Program-made: the position numbers and the translations under genes
Shown here: positions 37,863-49,213 of the stretch, one piece after another
How positions within the stretch are numbered: the stretch's first letter is position 1
Layout: every line of letters begins with the position of its first letter
DNA from: an uncultured Alphaproteobacteria bacterium
GTDB taxonomy: Bacteria; Pseudomonadota; Alphaproteobacteria; Rhizobiales; Beijerinckiaceae
Assembly: GCA_963755075.1 (NCBI GenBank)
Contig: CAVWKL010000115.1
Span: forward strand, 4,563-68,562
Direction of reading: 5' to 3'
Length of the DNA stretch: 64,000 nt
The notes under the pieces: generated by a model
Database searches by the model: none
Seen by the model: the letters and a program-made list of their open reading frames with translations, nothing else
What the model was told of the DNA's origin: nothing

Positions 37863-37976
37863 CGATTCCTTCCCTTGGGGTCGATCCCCCGGGATCACAC
37901 GTTCCATCATCAAGCCCAGGCGTCGGCGCCATCGCTCGGCGAGTCCATCGCCGCCTTTCCCTCCCATCCGGTCGCC

Positions 37977-40154
37977 TCAGGCGTGCAGCTTGCGATGAGG
38001 CAGCGAACCGGGGCTCGATTCGTTCAGCGCCTGGCCGCGGCCCGAAAGGCTCGGATGGGTCAGGAAATACTTGTGCGCGTTGAACGGCTCTTCGCCCTCG
38101 GCCGGTGTCATCCTGACGCTCGAGCCGTCCGCCAATACCCGAAAGCTTTGTTCGTTGTCCATCAGATTGGCGACCATGATCTGATTGAGCACGTGTTCGT
38201 GCACGGTCGGATTGCGCAGCGGCACAAGCGCCTCGACGCGCCGATCGAGATTGCGCTGCATCAAATCCGCCGAAGAAATGTAAACATGGGCCTTGCGGTT
38301 CGGCAGCCCGTGCCCGCCGCCGAAGGCATAGATGCGCGCGTGCTCGAGAAAGCGCCCGACGATCGATTTCACCCGGATATTCTCGGAGAGGCCGGGCACG
38401 CCCGGCCTGAGGCAGCAAATGCCGCGCACCACGAGATCGATTTCGACGCCGGCCCGGCTCGCCGCGTAGAGCGCGTCGATGATTTCCGAATCGACCAGCG
38501 CGTTGCACTTGGCCCAAATCGCCGCCGGCTTGCCGGTTTCGGCGAAGGCCATCTCCTCGGCGATGTGCCGCAGCAATCGCTTCTTCAAGGTGAACGGCGA
38601 AATCGCCATGAGCTCCAGCCCGTCGGGCTCGGCGTAGCCGGTGATGAAATTGAAGACGCGCGCCACGTCGCGCGCGATCGCCGGATCGGCGGTGAAGAGG
38701 GAGATGTCGGTGTAGATGCGCGCGGTGACCGGATGATAATTGCCGGTGCCGAGATGGCAGTAAGTGACGAGAGAGCCGCCTTCGCGCCGCACCACCATCG
38801 ACAGCTTGGCGTGGGTCTTCAACTCGATGAACCCGAACACGACTTGCGCGCCGGCGCGTTCGAGATCGCGCGCCCAGCGGATGTTCGCCTCCTCGTCGAA
38901 GCGCGCTTTGAGCTCGACGAGCGCGGTCACCGACTTGCCGGCCTCGGCCGCCTCGACCAGGGCGCGTATGATCGGGCTGTCGGCCGAGGTGCGATAGAGC
39001 GTCTGCTTGATCGCCACGACGTTCGGGTCGCGCGCCGCCTGGGCGAGAAACTGCACGACCACGTCGAACGACTCATAGGGGTGATGAACGACGAGATCCT
39101 TCAGTCGGATCGCGGCGAAGCAATCCCCGGCGTTTTCGCGCACGCGTTCGGGAAAACGCGGATTGTACGGGGGGAACTTCAGGTCGGGACGATCGAGGCC
39201 GACGAGCTGCGACAATTCGTTGAGCGCCAGCAAGCCCTCGACGAGCACGACGCCGGAGGCGACGACGTCGACGTCGCCGGTGACGAAAGCGCGCAAGGCT
39301 TCGGGCATGCTCGCCTCGATCTCCAGCCGGATGACCGATCCGCGCCGCCGGCGCTTCAGCGCGCTCTCGTAGAGGCGCACCAAATCCTCGGCTTCTTCCT
39401 CGACTTCGATGTCGCTGTCGCGGATGACCCGGAAGCTGCCTTGCCCGGTCACCTTGTAGCCGGGAAAGAGCTGGCCGATGAACGCCAGGATGATCTGCTC
39501 GATCGAGACGAAGCGTTGCGCGCCGGTGGCGCTCGCCTCGGGCAACTTGACGAAACGATCGATCTTGCTCGGCACGCGCACCAGCGCGCTCATTGGGCGA
39601 TGGTCGCCCAGGCTCTTCAGCTCGAGCGCGAGGGTGAAGCCGAGATTGGGGATGAAGGGAAAGGGATGGGCCGGGTCGACCGCCAACGGGGTCAAGACGG
39701 GAAAGACGTGGAGGAGGAAGTAATCCTCCAGCCATTGCCGATCGTGGCCCGAGAGTTCGCTCACTTCGCAGATGACGATCCCGGCGCTCTCGAGCTCGCC
39801 GCGCAACTCGCGCCAGCGTTGCTGCTGCGAGGCGACGAGTTCGGCGACGCGCAGACCGATGCGCTCGAGCTGCTCGGCCGGGGCGAAGCCGTCGTCGGAG
39901 GTTTCCGTCATGCCCGCCAACACTTGGCCGACCAGACCGGCGACGCGCACCATGAAAAACTCGTCGAGATTGTCGGCGGAAATCGAGAGAAAGCGCAGGC
40001 GCTCGAGCAGCGGGTGGTTGAGGTTGGTCGATTCCTCGAGCACGCGGCGATTGAACTCCAACCAAGACAATTCGCGATTGATGAACCGCTCGGGCGAAGA
40101 CGACAGGTCGGACGCGGCGCCCTCCAACGTAGCCGGCGCGGTTTTCATGCCCAT
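37977..40154 (-). CDS. ppk: Polyphosphate kinase 1
   Basis: [52 protein letters not shown] and VGRFLEHAR. Confidence 0.96.
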   Translation of the reverse strand: MGMKTAPATLEGAASDLSSSPERFINRELSWLEFNRRVLEESTNLNHPLLERLRFLSISADNLDEFFMVRVAGLVGQVLAGMTETSDDGFAPAEQLERIGLRVAELVASQQQRWRELRGELESAGIVICEVSELSGHDRQWLEDYFLLHVFPVLTPLAVDPAHPFPFIPNLGFTLALELKSLGDHRPMSALVRVPSKIDRFVKLPEASATGAQRFVSIEQIILAFIGQLFPGYKVTGQGSFRVIRDSDIEVEEEAEDLVRLYESALKRRRRGSVIRLEIEASMPEALRAFVTGDVDVVASGVVLVEGLLALNELSQLVGLDRPDLKFPPYNPRFPERVRENAGDCFAAIRLKDLVVHHPYESFDVVVQFLAQAARDPNVVAIKQTLYRTSADSPIIRALVEAAEAGKSVTALVELKARFDEEANIRWARDLERAGAQVVFGFIELKTHAKLSMVVRREGGSLVTYCHLGTGNYHPVTARIYTDISLFTADPAIARDVARVFNFITGYAEPDGLELMAISPFTLKKRLLRHIAEEMAFAETGKPAAIWAKCNALVDSEIIDALYAASRAGVEIDLVVRGICCLRPGVPGLSENIRVKSIVGRFLEHARIYAFGGGHGLPNRKAHVYISSADLMQRNLDRRVEALVPLRNPTVHEHVLNQIMVANLMDNEQSFRVLADGSSVRMTPAEGEEPFNAHKYFLTHPSLSGRGQALNESSPGSLPHRKLHA

Positions 40155-40369
40155 CGATCTCCTTCTCACCGCTCTTGCCGCGCGACGCGCCACTTCCGCC
40201 TCCTCCTGGGAACGGCGGAACGAAGTTTCATCGGCCTCGGCATTCCGCGCTCTCTATTCGAGCAACAGTGTGACAAAAACGCGTCGCGGCCAAATGCGCA
40301 AGGGCCCATTGTTGGCGCGGCGGCGGCACGCGACTGGCGATCGCATCGACAAAACCGCCTCGCCAGCCG

Positions 40370-40978
40370 TCACTGGGCGCTGGGAAGCGCTCCCGCGCCG
40401 ATGAGTTCCGCGGCGACCTGGGCCAGCGCTCGGGGATAGAGCTTGTGCTCTTCGACGAGCACGCGCGCCGCCAAGCTCTCCGCGTCGTCCCCCGCCAGCA
40501 CGGCGACGCGCGCCTGGGCGATGATCGGGCCGGCGTCGAGTTCGGGCTCGACGAAATGCACCGTGCAGCCGTGTTCGCTGAGCCCCCCCGCCAGCGCGCG
40601 CTCGTGGGTGTGCAGCCCGCGCAACGCCGGCAGCAGCGAGGGATGGATGTTGATCATGCGGCCGCGCCAGCGCTCGACGAAGGGCGCGCTCAAGATGCGC
40701 ATGAATCCGGCAAGGCACACCATATCGATGCGATGGGCGGCGAGTCGCTCCTGCATCGCCGCCTCGAACGCCTCGCGGCCGAGATAGTCCTCGGACTCGA
40801 CGACCGTCGTCGCGACGCCCGCCCGACGCGCCACGGCGAGGCCGCCGGCGTCGCGCTTGTTGGCGAGGACCAGCGCGATCTCGGCGGGAAAAGAGGGCGC
40901 GCGCGCCGCCTCGATCAGCGCCGCCATGTTGGAGCCGCGCCCGGAAATGAGAATCGCCGCGCGCGCCCGCGCGCTCAC
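40370..40978 (-). CDS. purN: Phosphoribosylglycinamide formyltransferase
   Basis: [24 protein letters not shown] and [15 protein letters not shown]; GTGA overlap with purM. Confidence 0.95.
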   Translation of the reverse strand: MSARARAAILISGRGSNMAALIEAARAPSFPAEIALVLANKRDAGGLAVARRAGVATTVVESEDYLGREAFEAAMQERLAAHRIDMVCLAGFMRILSAPFVERWRGRMINIHPSLLPALRGLHTHERALAGGLSEHGCTVHFVEPELDAGPIIAQARVAVLAGDDAESLAARVLVEEHKLYPRALAQVAAELIGAGALPSAQ

Positions 40979-42042
40979 AGGCTCAGCCGTCCGCGCATGA
41001 CGACGCGCTCGGCCTCCCGCGCGATGAGCCGGCCGATCGGCCTCGGCGCCAAACCGTTGGCGGCGAGCGCGCCGATCGCCTCGTCCGCCGCCTCCGCCGC
41101 GACGAAGGCGACCATGCCGAAGCCGCAATTGAAGGTGCGCAGCATTTCGGCTTCGCCGACCCGGCCCGCCGCGGCGAGCCAGGCGAAGACCGGCGCGGGG
41201 GAGAAGGCGGCAAGATCGAGCGCCACCGCGAGATCGTCGGGCAGCACGCGCGGCAGATTGTCGGGAAAGCCGCCGCCGGTGACGTGGGCGAGCGCCATGA
41301 CGCCGCGCGTCGCCTTCAGCGTCGCCAGAAGCGGCAGGACATAGAGGCGCGTCGGCTCGAGCAGCGCGGCGGCGAGCGAGCGCTCGGGCGCGAAGGGCGC
41401 CGGCGCGTCCCAGGCAAGGCCGCTGAGCGCCACGATGCGGCGCACCAGCGAGAAGCCGTTGGAATGGACGCCCGACGACGGCAGTCCGATCGCGAGGTCG
41501 CCGGCCTTGAGCCCGGCGCGCGGCAGCAAGGTCCCGCGTTCCGCCGCGCCGACGGCGAAGCCGGCGAGATCGAAATCGCCCTTGGCGTAGAGCCCCGGCA
41601 TCTCCGCCGTTTCGCCGCCGATCAGCGCGCAGCCCGACTCGAGGCAGGCGCGCGCCACGCCGCCGACGATCGCCGCCCCGATGGCCGGATCGAGCTTGCC
41701 GGTGGCGAAGTAATCGAGAAAGAACAGCGGCTCGGCGCCCTGGACGACGATGTCGTTGACGCACATCGCGACGAGATCGACGCCGATGGTGTCGAGGAGG
41801 CCGCTCTCGATGGCGATCTTGACCTTGGTGCCGACCCCGTCGTTGGCGGCGACCAGCACGGGATCATGGAACCCCGCCGCCTTCAGATCGAACAATCCGC
41901 CGAACCCGCCGATCTCGGCGTCCGCGCCCGGCCGGCGGGTCGCGCGCACCAGGGGCTTGATCCGCTCGACCATGGCGGCGCCGGCGTCGATATCGACGCC
42001 GGCGTCGGCGTAAGTGAGGGGCTTGGGGGCGGACGGGGTCAT
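40975..42042 (-). CDS. purM: Phosphoribosylformylglycinamidine cyclo-ligase
   Basis: [39 protein letters not shown] and TFNCG. Confidence 0.96.
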   Translation of the reverse strand: MTPSAPKPLTYADAGVDIDAGAAMVERIKPLVRATRRPGADAEIGGFGGLFDLKAAGFHDPVLVAANDGVGTKVKIAIESGLLDTIGVDLVAMCVNDIVVQGAEPLFFLDYFATGKLDPAIGAAIVGGVARACLESGCALIGGETAEMPGLYAKGDFDLAGFAVGAAERGTLLPRAGLKAGDLAIGLPSSGVHSNGFSLVRRIVALSGLAWDAPAPFAPERSLAAALLEPTRLYVLPLLATLKATRGVMALAHVTGGGFPDNLPRVLPDDLAVALDLAAFSPAPVFAWLAAAGRVGEAEMLRTFNCGFGMVAFVAAEAADEAIGALAANGLAPRPIGRLIAREAERVVMRGRLSL

Positions 42043-42213
42043 TGGGGGGACGCGACGGGTGGCCTTGCAGCGGGTTAGCGGCTTGGCGGCTGACGCGCAA
42101 GGGCGTCGGCGGGGCGCGGGAGAGTGCGCGCGGCGGCGAGCGGGCGCGCGCCGGGCGGCCTCCGTGACGTCAACCCATGCAATCGCGATCGCGCGCCGAG
42201 TAGGCGGCCGGGC

Positions 42214-43614
42214 TCAGGCGCATGGGTCCGCCTCCGGCCCAAAATTGTCCCATCCGCCGCTCGCCCCAATCAGCGCGTCGGCCTCTTTCGGCCCCCAGCT
42301 TTGGCGCTCGTAGGGGCGGACGGGGGGATAAGTCTTGAGGACGGGGTCGACCACCGCCCAGGCGGCCTCGATCGCGTCCTCGCGGGTGAAGAGCGCCCCG
42401 TCGCCCGCCATGGCGTTTCCGAGGAGCCGCGTGTAGGCCGTCTCTTCGCCGGGATGCTCGTCGGCCAGGAAGAGCTCCCTGAGGTCGCCGACGAACTCCT
42501 TGCCGGTGCGCTTGATGCGGGCGGCGAGCGCGATGACCGAACGGGGCGAGAGCCGAAACCTGAGATAGTTTGGCCGTCCCGAGGCGGGCGCGGAATCTTC
42601 GAACAGCGGCTGCGGCGGCGCCTTCAGCTCGACCAGAATCTCGGTCCCCGTCTGGGCGAGGCATTTGCCCGAGCGCAGATACCACGGCACCCCCGCCCAG
42701 CGCCAGGAGTCGATATAGAGCCGCAGCGCGCAGTAGGTTTCGACGTCGGAGTCCTTAGCCACGTTCGGCTCGTCGCGGTAGCCGACGTATTGGCCGCGCA
42801 CCAAGTCCTCGGGCCGCAGCGGCCGCATCGCCTGAAAGACCTTGGCCTTCTCGTCGTGGACGAAACCGTAGCTCCGGCCGGCGGGCGGCTCCATGGCGAG
42901 CAGCGCGACGATCTGGAAGAGATGGTTCTCGATCACGTCGCGCAGGCACCCCGCGGTTTCGTAGAAGGCGCCGCGGCCCTTGACGCCAAAATTCTCCGCG
43001 AGCGTCACCTGGACGCTCGCCACGTAGTTGCGGTTCCAGATCGGCTCCAAAAAGGCATTGGCGAAGCGGAAATAGAGGATGTTCATGATCGCTTCTTTGC
43101 CGAGATAGTGATCGATGCGGAAAATCGAGTCTTCCGGGAACGCCGCGCGCGCGACGCCGTTGAGTTCGCGCGCCGACGCGAGGTCGCGTCCGAACGGCTT
43201 CTCGACGATCACCCGCGCATTCTGCGTCAGGTTCGCCGCTTTGAGCCCGTTGATCACCGTCTCGAACAGCGCGGGCGGGATCGCGAGATAGTGGGCGGGG
43301 CGCTCGGCGCCGCCGAGCGCCGTCTTGATCGCGCCGAACGTCGCCAGGTCATTGTAGTCGCCGCTCACGTAGACGATGAGGTCGTCGAGACGGCGCATGG
43401 CTTCCGGATCGTCGATCCCGCCGGATTGCCGGATGCTGTCCTCCACCCGGGCGCGCAGCTGCTCCGGGCGCCATTTCGGCGAGGCGACGCCGACCACCGG
43501 CGCCTGCAGCGCGCCGCTCTTCACCAGCGCATAGAGCGCCGGGAAGATCGCCTTATGGGCGAGATCGCCCGTCACGCCGAAAATCACCAGGGCGTCCGAA
43601 TGCGGTTGGCTCAT
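42214..43614 (-). CDS. zwf: Glucose-6-phosphate dehydrogenase
   Basis: [29 protein letters not shown] and RWAGVP..LRSGK. Confidence 0.93.
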   Translation of the reverse strand: MSQPHSDALVIFGVTGDLAHKAIFPALYALVKSGALQAPVVGVASPKWRPEQLRARVEDSIRQSGGIDDPEAMRRLDDLIVYVSGDYNDLATFGAIKTALGGAERPAHYLAIPPALFETVINGLKAANLTQNARVIVEKPFGRDLASARELNGVARAAFPEDSIFRIDHYLGKEAIMNILYFRFANAFLEPIWNRNYVASVQVTLAENFGVKGRGAFYETAGCLRDVIENHLFQIVALLAMEPPAGRSYGFVHDEKAKVFQAMRPLRPEDLVRGQYVGYRDEPNVAKDSDVETYCALRLYIDSWRWAGVPWYLRSGKCLAQTGTEILVELKAPPQPLFEDSAPASGRPNYLRFRLSPRSVIALAARIKRTGKEFVGDLRELFLADEHPGEETAYTRLLGNAMAGDGALFTREDAIEAAWAVVDPVLKTYPPVRPYERQSWGPKEADALIGASGGWDNFGPEADPCA

Positions 43615-44259
43615 CGGGCAATCTCCGTCTTGCCGACGAGCCGGCCCGCATGGCCGCCAATCGGAGGGCTGAAGTTGGAGGACGCCGCGGCGGCGTCCGT
43701 CCCGCTGACTTTTGCAAAATTCGCATTGCAATCGCGATCGGCCGAGCTGGGCCGCGCCGGCCGCGACAAAACGCCGGCCGCGCGCTTATCCTTGGGCGCG
43801 TCCCATCCGAGGCAATGCGGATCCCGTCCTTCCATCTCCCACCTCCTGACCCGTCGCCGGTTGGCGACCCCGCCCAACGCATTTTGGCGATCCGCGCGAA
43901 GGCGGAGGCCGGGCCGCCAAGATGACGTTGGGCCGGCGCCCAATGCAACAAGTCCCGGGCGCATCTCGGTCGAATTTGCCGGCCAAGCGGATCAATTTTG
44001 CGTTGGGCGTCACGTTCCGGCAACAGAACGCGCCTACGCCGGGAAAGGCGGCCCGATGTCTTTCTCATGGCCGTCGCAGCGCGCCTTGCCAACCCAAGAC
44101 GTCGGGGGTCACGGCGCGCAAAGAGCGACACATGTCGAGACGCTTCCAACCGGAAATTCTTATTTGTCGAGGCGAGGATTCGCCCCCGAGCGGCCTCATT
44201 GTCGCCGCGGCGGCCTGCTCGATCGGCGAGCGTGCAAATGAAACGCGGAGGGAGAAAAC

Positions 44260-44469
44260 ATGCGCAACATCGACGACATCATCGTGGCCGCTCACAAGGC
44301 GATGGCGAGCTCGCTGCACGAGGCGTTCGAGGCGGGACGGGCGCACACCGCAAGCGAGTTGAAGTCCCGCATGGCGGCTTTTTTCGAGGGTCTCGTGGCC
44401 GAAGCGGAAACGCACGCCGCCCCGCCGCCCGAAGCGCCGCCAAGCGAGGAACAGCACCACCACGAATAG
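44260..44469 (+). CDS. Small hypothetical protein (69 aa)
   Basis: Strong RBS (GGAGGGAG) and GC3-rich codons; helical N-terminus and Pro/His-rich tail. Confidence 0.6.
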   Translation: MRNIDDIIVAAHKAMASSLHEAFEAGRAHTASELKSRMAAFFEGLVAEAETHAAPPPEAPPSEEQHHHE

Positions 44470-44610
44470 CGGCGCGAATCGCGCGGTTACGGCGGCGGCG
44501 CCCCTGACGATCGAACCGGAGGCTTTTTCCAGAGCGATCGCCGAGCCGAGGCGACATAAGTGCGTCGTCGCCGCAACGCCGCCCTCCCCGGCCCTAACGC
44601 CCCGCGGCGA

Positions 44611-45507
44611 TCAGTGCTTCGATCGGCCCCGCCTCGCATTCTTCTTGCGCCCAGCGGGCGCCGAGGTCTGCTCGAAGTCGGAAATCGACACGCCGAGCAC
44701 CTGCTTGGCCTCCTCGATCAAACTCGGATCGATCGGCCGCGGCTCGAGCGACACGCCCTTGCCCAGCCGGTCCTTGAGGATGCGGAAGGCGGCGATGCGC
44801 CCATAGGGCTTGTTGTCGGCGGGAATGAGGTGCCACGGCGCATATTTCGTCGAGGTTTCCTCCATCATGTCCTCGATCGCCGTCACGTACTCCGGACCGC
44901 GGGCGCGATTGCGGAAATCCTCGTATGACAGCTTCCAACGCTTCACCGGGTCGGTCAGCCGACTGCGGAAACGCCGCAGCTGTTCGTCGGGCGTAATGTG
45001 CAGGAACAGTTTGACCAGTCGGATCCCCGAGTCGACCAGGACGCGCTCGAACTCGTTGATCTCGCGGTAGGCGCGTCGCCATTCCTTTTCCGTGGCGAAG
45101 CCCTCGATGCGCTCCACCAGCACCCGCCCATACCAGGATCGATCGAAGGCGACGATTTGCCCCTTTTCCGGCAGGCGTCGCCAGAATCGCTGGAGATAGT
45201 GCTGGGCGCGCTCGTGCTCGTCGGGCGAGGCGATCGGATTCACTTTGAAGCTGCGCGGATCGAGGGCCCAGCCGAGGCGGCGAACGATGCCGCCTTTGCC
45301 GGCGGTGTCCGAGCCCTCGAGGACGATGATCGCGCGCTCCGAGGTGCCGAGATAGGCTTGCTGGATGAGTTGCAACACCCCCTGAAGCGAGGTCAGGCGC
45401 CGCTCGTAATCGGCGAAGTCCATTTTCGGATGTTCGGCGATCTTATCGAGCCGCGGACGACGCGCGATTTGGAAATTCTGCGACTTCAATGTGCTATCGA
45501 GTGACAA
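44611..45507 (-). CDS. ppk2: Polyphosphate kinase 2 family protein
   Basis: EGSDTAGKGG Walker A, LDPR, HYLQRF, FDRSWYGRVLVER, FLHI and WKL..ED. Start uncertain (TTG after GGAGG). Confidence 0.9.
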   Translation of the reverse strand: MSLDSTLKSQNFQIARRPRLDKIAEHPKMDFADYERRLTSLQGVLQLIQQAYLGTSERAIIVLEGSDTAGKGGIVRRLGWALDPRSFKVNPIASPDEHERAQHYLQRFWRRLPEKGQIVAFDRSWYGRVLVERIEGFATEKEWRRAYREINEFERVLVDSGIRLVKLFLHITPDEQLRRFRSRLTDPVKRWKLSYEDFRNRARGPEYVTAIEDMMEETSTKYAPWHLIPADNKPYGRIAAFRILKDRLGKGVSLEPRPIDPSLIEEAKQVLGVSISDFEQTSAPAGRKKNARRGRSKH

Positions 45508-45652
45508 CTGACGTCCCTCCGCAAACAGGTCCGAACGCCTCGGCTCGCCGCTTGGCGTCGCCAAAAGGGCGAACCCGCCGCCGGAAGCGCCCAGCGCGCT
45601 TGGCGTGCTGGGCGGTGTCGCGGGACGGCCTCGGCCTGCCGTCTTCTTGAGA

Positions 45653-45913
45653 TCAGCGCGTCGATTTTGGAACGATCTTCAGGTAACTGACGATCAACGT
45701 CGTGTCCTCGGTCAGGACGCCGATCACCGTGCTTTCGATCGCGTCCAAAGTGGACTGATTGAACGCGCTCGAATTCGGGTCCGTGTCGAAGCCGACTTCA
45801 ATGACCAATGTCTTGACCCACATGGCGTCTTCCCAGCTCCACTCGAACCAGGTCCGAGACACGTCGGGAAGTTTCGACAAAGCCTCTCTGACGATCGCAA
45901 TATTGCCCTTCAT
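45653..45913 (-). CDS. Small hypothetical protein (86 aa)
   Basis: ATG after GGAG; protein-like composition (TWFEWSWED..WVKTLVIEV); lower GC than flanks. Confidence 0.55.
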   Translation of the reverse strand: MKGNIAIVREALSKLPDVSRTWFEWSWEDAMWVKTLVIEVGFDTDPNSSAFNQSTLDAIESTVIGVLTEDTTLIVSYLKIVPKSTR

Positions 45914-46062
45914 AACAAGGCTGCTCCATTGTTCCTGCTCAGCATACAGGAGATGCTGGGCGGGCGCGAGCGGCGTCGATTCCTCGAACGCCGGATTCGG
46001 CCGCGGGCAGAATTCGCGCAAAGGCGACGAAATCGTCGTCAGGCGCGCCGGCGCGACCTTCT

Positions 46063-48129
46063 TTAGAATTCCTGCCAGCCCTCGGCTTCCGGAGCAATTT
46101 TGCGCGCCGCCGCCGACGTCTGGCGCCCTGGTGCGGATCTGGCGGCCGTCCTGGCTTCGCGGACCGGCGAGGCGTCCCGCTCCGGTCTCTTCTCGGCGTC
46201 CTTTCTGAGCGCCGGCGATTTGGGCTCGAGCGCCGCGACGCGGGCGTTGGCGCCGGGCCGCCCGACTTTGAACTGGCCGATCAGGCCCGCCAGCTGCTCG
46301 GTCTCCTGCGACAGCGATCGGCACGCCGCCGAGGATTGCTCAGCCATCGCCGCGTTCTGTTGCGTCACCTTATCCATCTGGTTGATCGCACTGTTGACGT
46401 CGTCGAGGCCCGTCGCCTGCTCCTTGGCGCCGGCCGCGATCTCGGTGACCACGGCGTCGATTTCCCCGACCTGAGCCATGATCCGCTCGAGCGCCTTGCC
46501 GGATTCGGCGACCAGTTCGACTCCGTGGTTCACTTGCGCGCCCGAACTCGAGATCAAATTCTTGATTTCCTTGGCCGCGCCGGCCGAACGTTGCGCAAGC
46601 GCGCGCACTTCCGTCGCGACCACCGCAAAACCCCGACCGGCGTCGCCCGCGCGCGCCGCCTCGACGCCGGCGTTCAGCGCCAGCAAGTTGGTCTGGAACG
46701 CGATTTCGTCGATGACGCCAATGATCTTGCTGATTTCCTGCGACGACTTCTCGATGCCGCCCATCGCCTGAACCGCCTTGTCGACGACGACGCCGCTCTT
46801 GGTCGCTTCGTCCTTGGCGGCGGCGACGACATGGCGCGCGCGCGCCGCCCCGTCCGCGGCGTTCCTGACCGTGCTGGTGATCTCGTCGAGCGCCGAGGCG
46901 GTCTTCTCGAGGCTCGCCGCCTGCTGTTCGGTGCGCCGCGACAAGTCGTCGGAGGCGCTCAGGATTTCCTGCGTGCCCGACTGAATGCTTCCAGTGATCG
47001 CAGAGACGGCCTGGAGAGCCTTCTGCAGCTTGTCGAGCGAAGAATTCAGATCTTGCCGCAACGGTTCGTAGTCCGACGACAGGGTTTCGGTCAGGCGAAA
47101 ATCGAATTCGCCGTTCGCCAGGCGGCTGAGCGCGGTGGAAAAGGTTTCCAGGAAGGCGGCGAGCAACGCGGCGTGGCTCTTGACCCGCGCTTCTTCCTTC
47201 TGCCGGGCCTCGATCGTTTCCGATTCGACCGTCGCCCGATATTCGTTGGCCTTTGCCAGCGAAACGGCGTTGTTCTTGAAGACCTGGACAGCGCGCGCGA
47301 TCGCCCCGATTTCGTCGCGGCGAGCCTGGTGCCCGATCTCGACGCCGAGGTCGCCGGCGGCGATTCTGTTCATGGCGGCGACGGACGTCGACAAGAGACT
47401 GGCGACGCTGCGCGAGGAAAAATAGATCACCACGAGCAATTGTGCGAACGCCGGAACGAGGATTTTCGCCAAAGCCGTCACGATGTCCCAGAACGCGGCG
47501 TTGACGTCGTCGATATAGAGGCCGCCGCCGATCGACCAGCCCCACTCGGGAATGCCGAGGACATAGCTGATCTTATGGCTCGACTCCGTCGCCCCCGGCT
47601 TGACCCATTCGTACTCGACGAAGCCGCTGCCCGCCTTGCCGGCGGCGGCGATGTCCCGGAAGAGATATTTGCCGTCGGCGTCTTTCATCTCGAGGACATT
47701 CTTGCCGACGAGATTCGCAGTGGGATGGGCGATCATGACGCCGTCGAGGGTCATGACGAAGACGTAGTTGGTCCCATCGAACCGGATGGCGCTGATCGCA
47801 TCGAGCGCCATCTTCTTCGCCTCCTCTTCGGAGACCACTCCCGACTTGGCCTTGGCGACGAAACTGCGCGCGATCGCGCCGCCGGCGTCCACGACATTTT
47901 GAATCTGGTCGCGCTTTTCCGCCAGCATTTTGGCGCGGACCTCATAGAGCGTGTAGCCGACGCACGCGAGGACCATCGCGAGCGACAGGACGGAAAGGAT
48001 CCCGAATTGCCGCGAGATCGAAATCTTGCCGAGCCACGCGAACGCCCCGCCGCGAACCGTCGCGAGGGCGCCGGACGTTGCAGACGCGGACCCAATAGAC
48101 GTCCCGACGTTCGATCGCTGTGCGGCCAT
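46063..48129 (-). CDS. Methyl-accepting chemotaxis protein with Cache sensor domain
   Basis: TM, Cache (YVFV..HP..GKN..KDADG, YEWVKPG), TM and HAMP, then IAFQTNLLALNAGVEAARAG..GRGFAVVA; C-terminal GWQEF pentapeptide. Confidence 0.95.
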   Translation of the reverse strand: MAAQRSNVGTSIGSASATSGALATVRGGAFAWLGKISISRQFGILSVLSLAMVLACVGYTLYEVRAKMLAEKRDQIQNVVDAGGAIARSFVAKAKSGVVSEEEAKKMALDAISAIRFDGTNYVFVMTLDGVMIAHPTANLVGKNVLEMKDADGKYLFRDIAAAGKAGSGFVEYEWVKPGATESSHKISYVLGIPEWGWSIGGGLYIDDVNAAFWDIVTALAKILVPAFAQLLVVIYFSSRSVASLLSTSVAAMNRIAAGDLGVEIGHQARRDEIGAIARAVQVFKNNAVSLAKANEYRATVESETIEARQKEEARVKSHAALLAAFLETFSTALSRLANGEFDFRLTETLSSDYEPLRQDLNSSLDKLQKALQAVSAITGSIQSGTQEILSASDDLSRRTEQQAASLEKTASALDEITSTVRNAADGAARARHVVAAAKDEATKSGVVVDKAVQAMGGIEKSSQEISKIIGVIDEIAFQTNLLALNAGVEAARAGDAGRGFAVVATEVRALAQRSAGAAKEIKNLISSSGAQVNHGVELVAESGKALERIMAQVGEIDAVVTEIAAGAKEQATGLDDVNSAINQMDKVTQQNAAMAEQSSAACRSLSQETEQLAGLIGQFKVGRPGANARVAALEPKSPALRKDAEKRPERDASPVREARTAARSAPGRQTSAAARKIAPEAEGWQEF

Positions 48130-48622
48130 CGCAGAGTCTCCGGCGCACTAAGGTGGGAGAGAAGATGCCGGGCCGAAACCGGAACAACGGGGCGGCGTCA
48201 TGCCTTCTGGCCAACAACGCGCGGAGTTGCCAGACTCGATGTGATCTCTACATCGCACCATTGAGTTAATACAATCTGACGGGGCCGCCGGCGGCGGGCG
48301 CGGGCTCACGGGAAGACAATCCTCCGCCCCGGCGCTCACGCGCCTCTTCGACGGCCAATGTCGCCGGCGCCGATGCGCGCGCCGTTCGCCGAAGGTCTAT
48401 GTCGTCGGACAAAACGCGATTTTCGCCATTGAGGTTAGCAAACGCTCGGCGATTTCGGCGCAATGCGGCGCATTGGACGTCACGCGGCTCGTCGCGGAGC
48501 GTTATTGCGGCAAATCGACCTCTCGAGGGGCGGCGCGCCGAGGCGACCGCCGATCCGCGACGCCCGCCGCGCCCTCGCGCCGGGACCGCCGCGACGGCGT
48601 CCGCTCTCGCCGCGACTCGCCG

Positions 48623-48638
48623 TTAAGCGATTGTTAAC
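48623..48638. promoter_or_regulatory. CtrA-binding site (TTAA-N7-TTAAC)
   Basis: TTAA-GCGATTG-TTAAC exact consensus in the divergent MCP/small-ORF intergenic region. Confidence 0.7.
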
Positions 48639-48764
48639 AGTTTCACCTAACAGTTGTTTCGCCGTGATGATTCGGATTCGGCTCGACGCGCCGACACACG
48701 GACCGATCTCATTTGGTCCGCGCCGCCATTAAGGCCGCAGTGCGTTAATGCGAAGGCTAACGCT

Positions 48765-48986
48765 ATGCAGTATTCGATCGTATCGCGTGTCGCATACAAT
48801 GCCGATGCCGTGCGGACGAAGGGCGTCCTCAAACGCCCGTCGGCCAATGCGCAGCATCGATCCGCCGATCCGCCTCCAGACGCGAGCCAAGACGCAGAAA
48901 GAGACGCGAGCGACGGCGAGGAAGCCTATTCGACGGTAGGTCTGTCGATTCTGGCTCAAGCGCTAGCGGCGTATAGCCAGTACTAG
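48765..48986 (+). CDS. Small hypothetical protein (73 aa)
   Basis: ATG after an AAGG motif, downstream of the CtrA box; ends ALAAYSQY. Confidence 0.45.
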   Translation: MQYSIVSRVAYNADAVRTKGVLKRPSANAQHRSADPPPDASQDAERDASDGEEAYSTVGLSILAQALAAYSQY

Positions 48987-49101
48987 CGGCGCGCCAACCC
49001 CTCGGGTTCGCGCGGTCAACAGGCGCCGCCCGGCCGGCGTCGAAGCGGTCGGCTGCGCGCGGACGATTGCCGTTCTTGCCGCGCGCGGATTCGCTTCGGC
49101 A

Positions 49102-49135
49102 ATTGCGGCGGCGGCGCGGACGCCGCCGCCGCAAT
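49102..49135. terminator. Perfect 15-bp hairpin between convergent genes
   Basis: ATTGCGGCGGCGGCG-CGGA-CGCCGCCGCCGCAAT. Confidence 0.55.
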
Positions 49136-49213
49136 CTCGTCGCCAATCCTTGAGGCGCCGCCGATCAGGGCGACCCCGGCCTAACGGCCGAGCCCGCCCT
49201 CAAAGCGTCTCAC

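Noticed and set aside
36783-40439. 1218-aa plus-strand ORF, and many other long ORFs antisense to known genes (e.g. 42124-44241, 46336-48264, 55087-57066, 57343-59190)
   Set aside because: Shadow frames of ppk/ppx, zwf, the MCP gene and others, caused by high GC; no motifs and Arg/Ala-biased composition.
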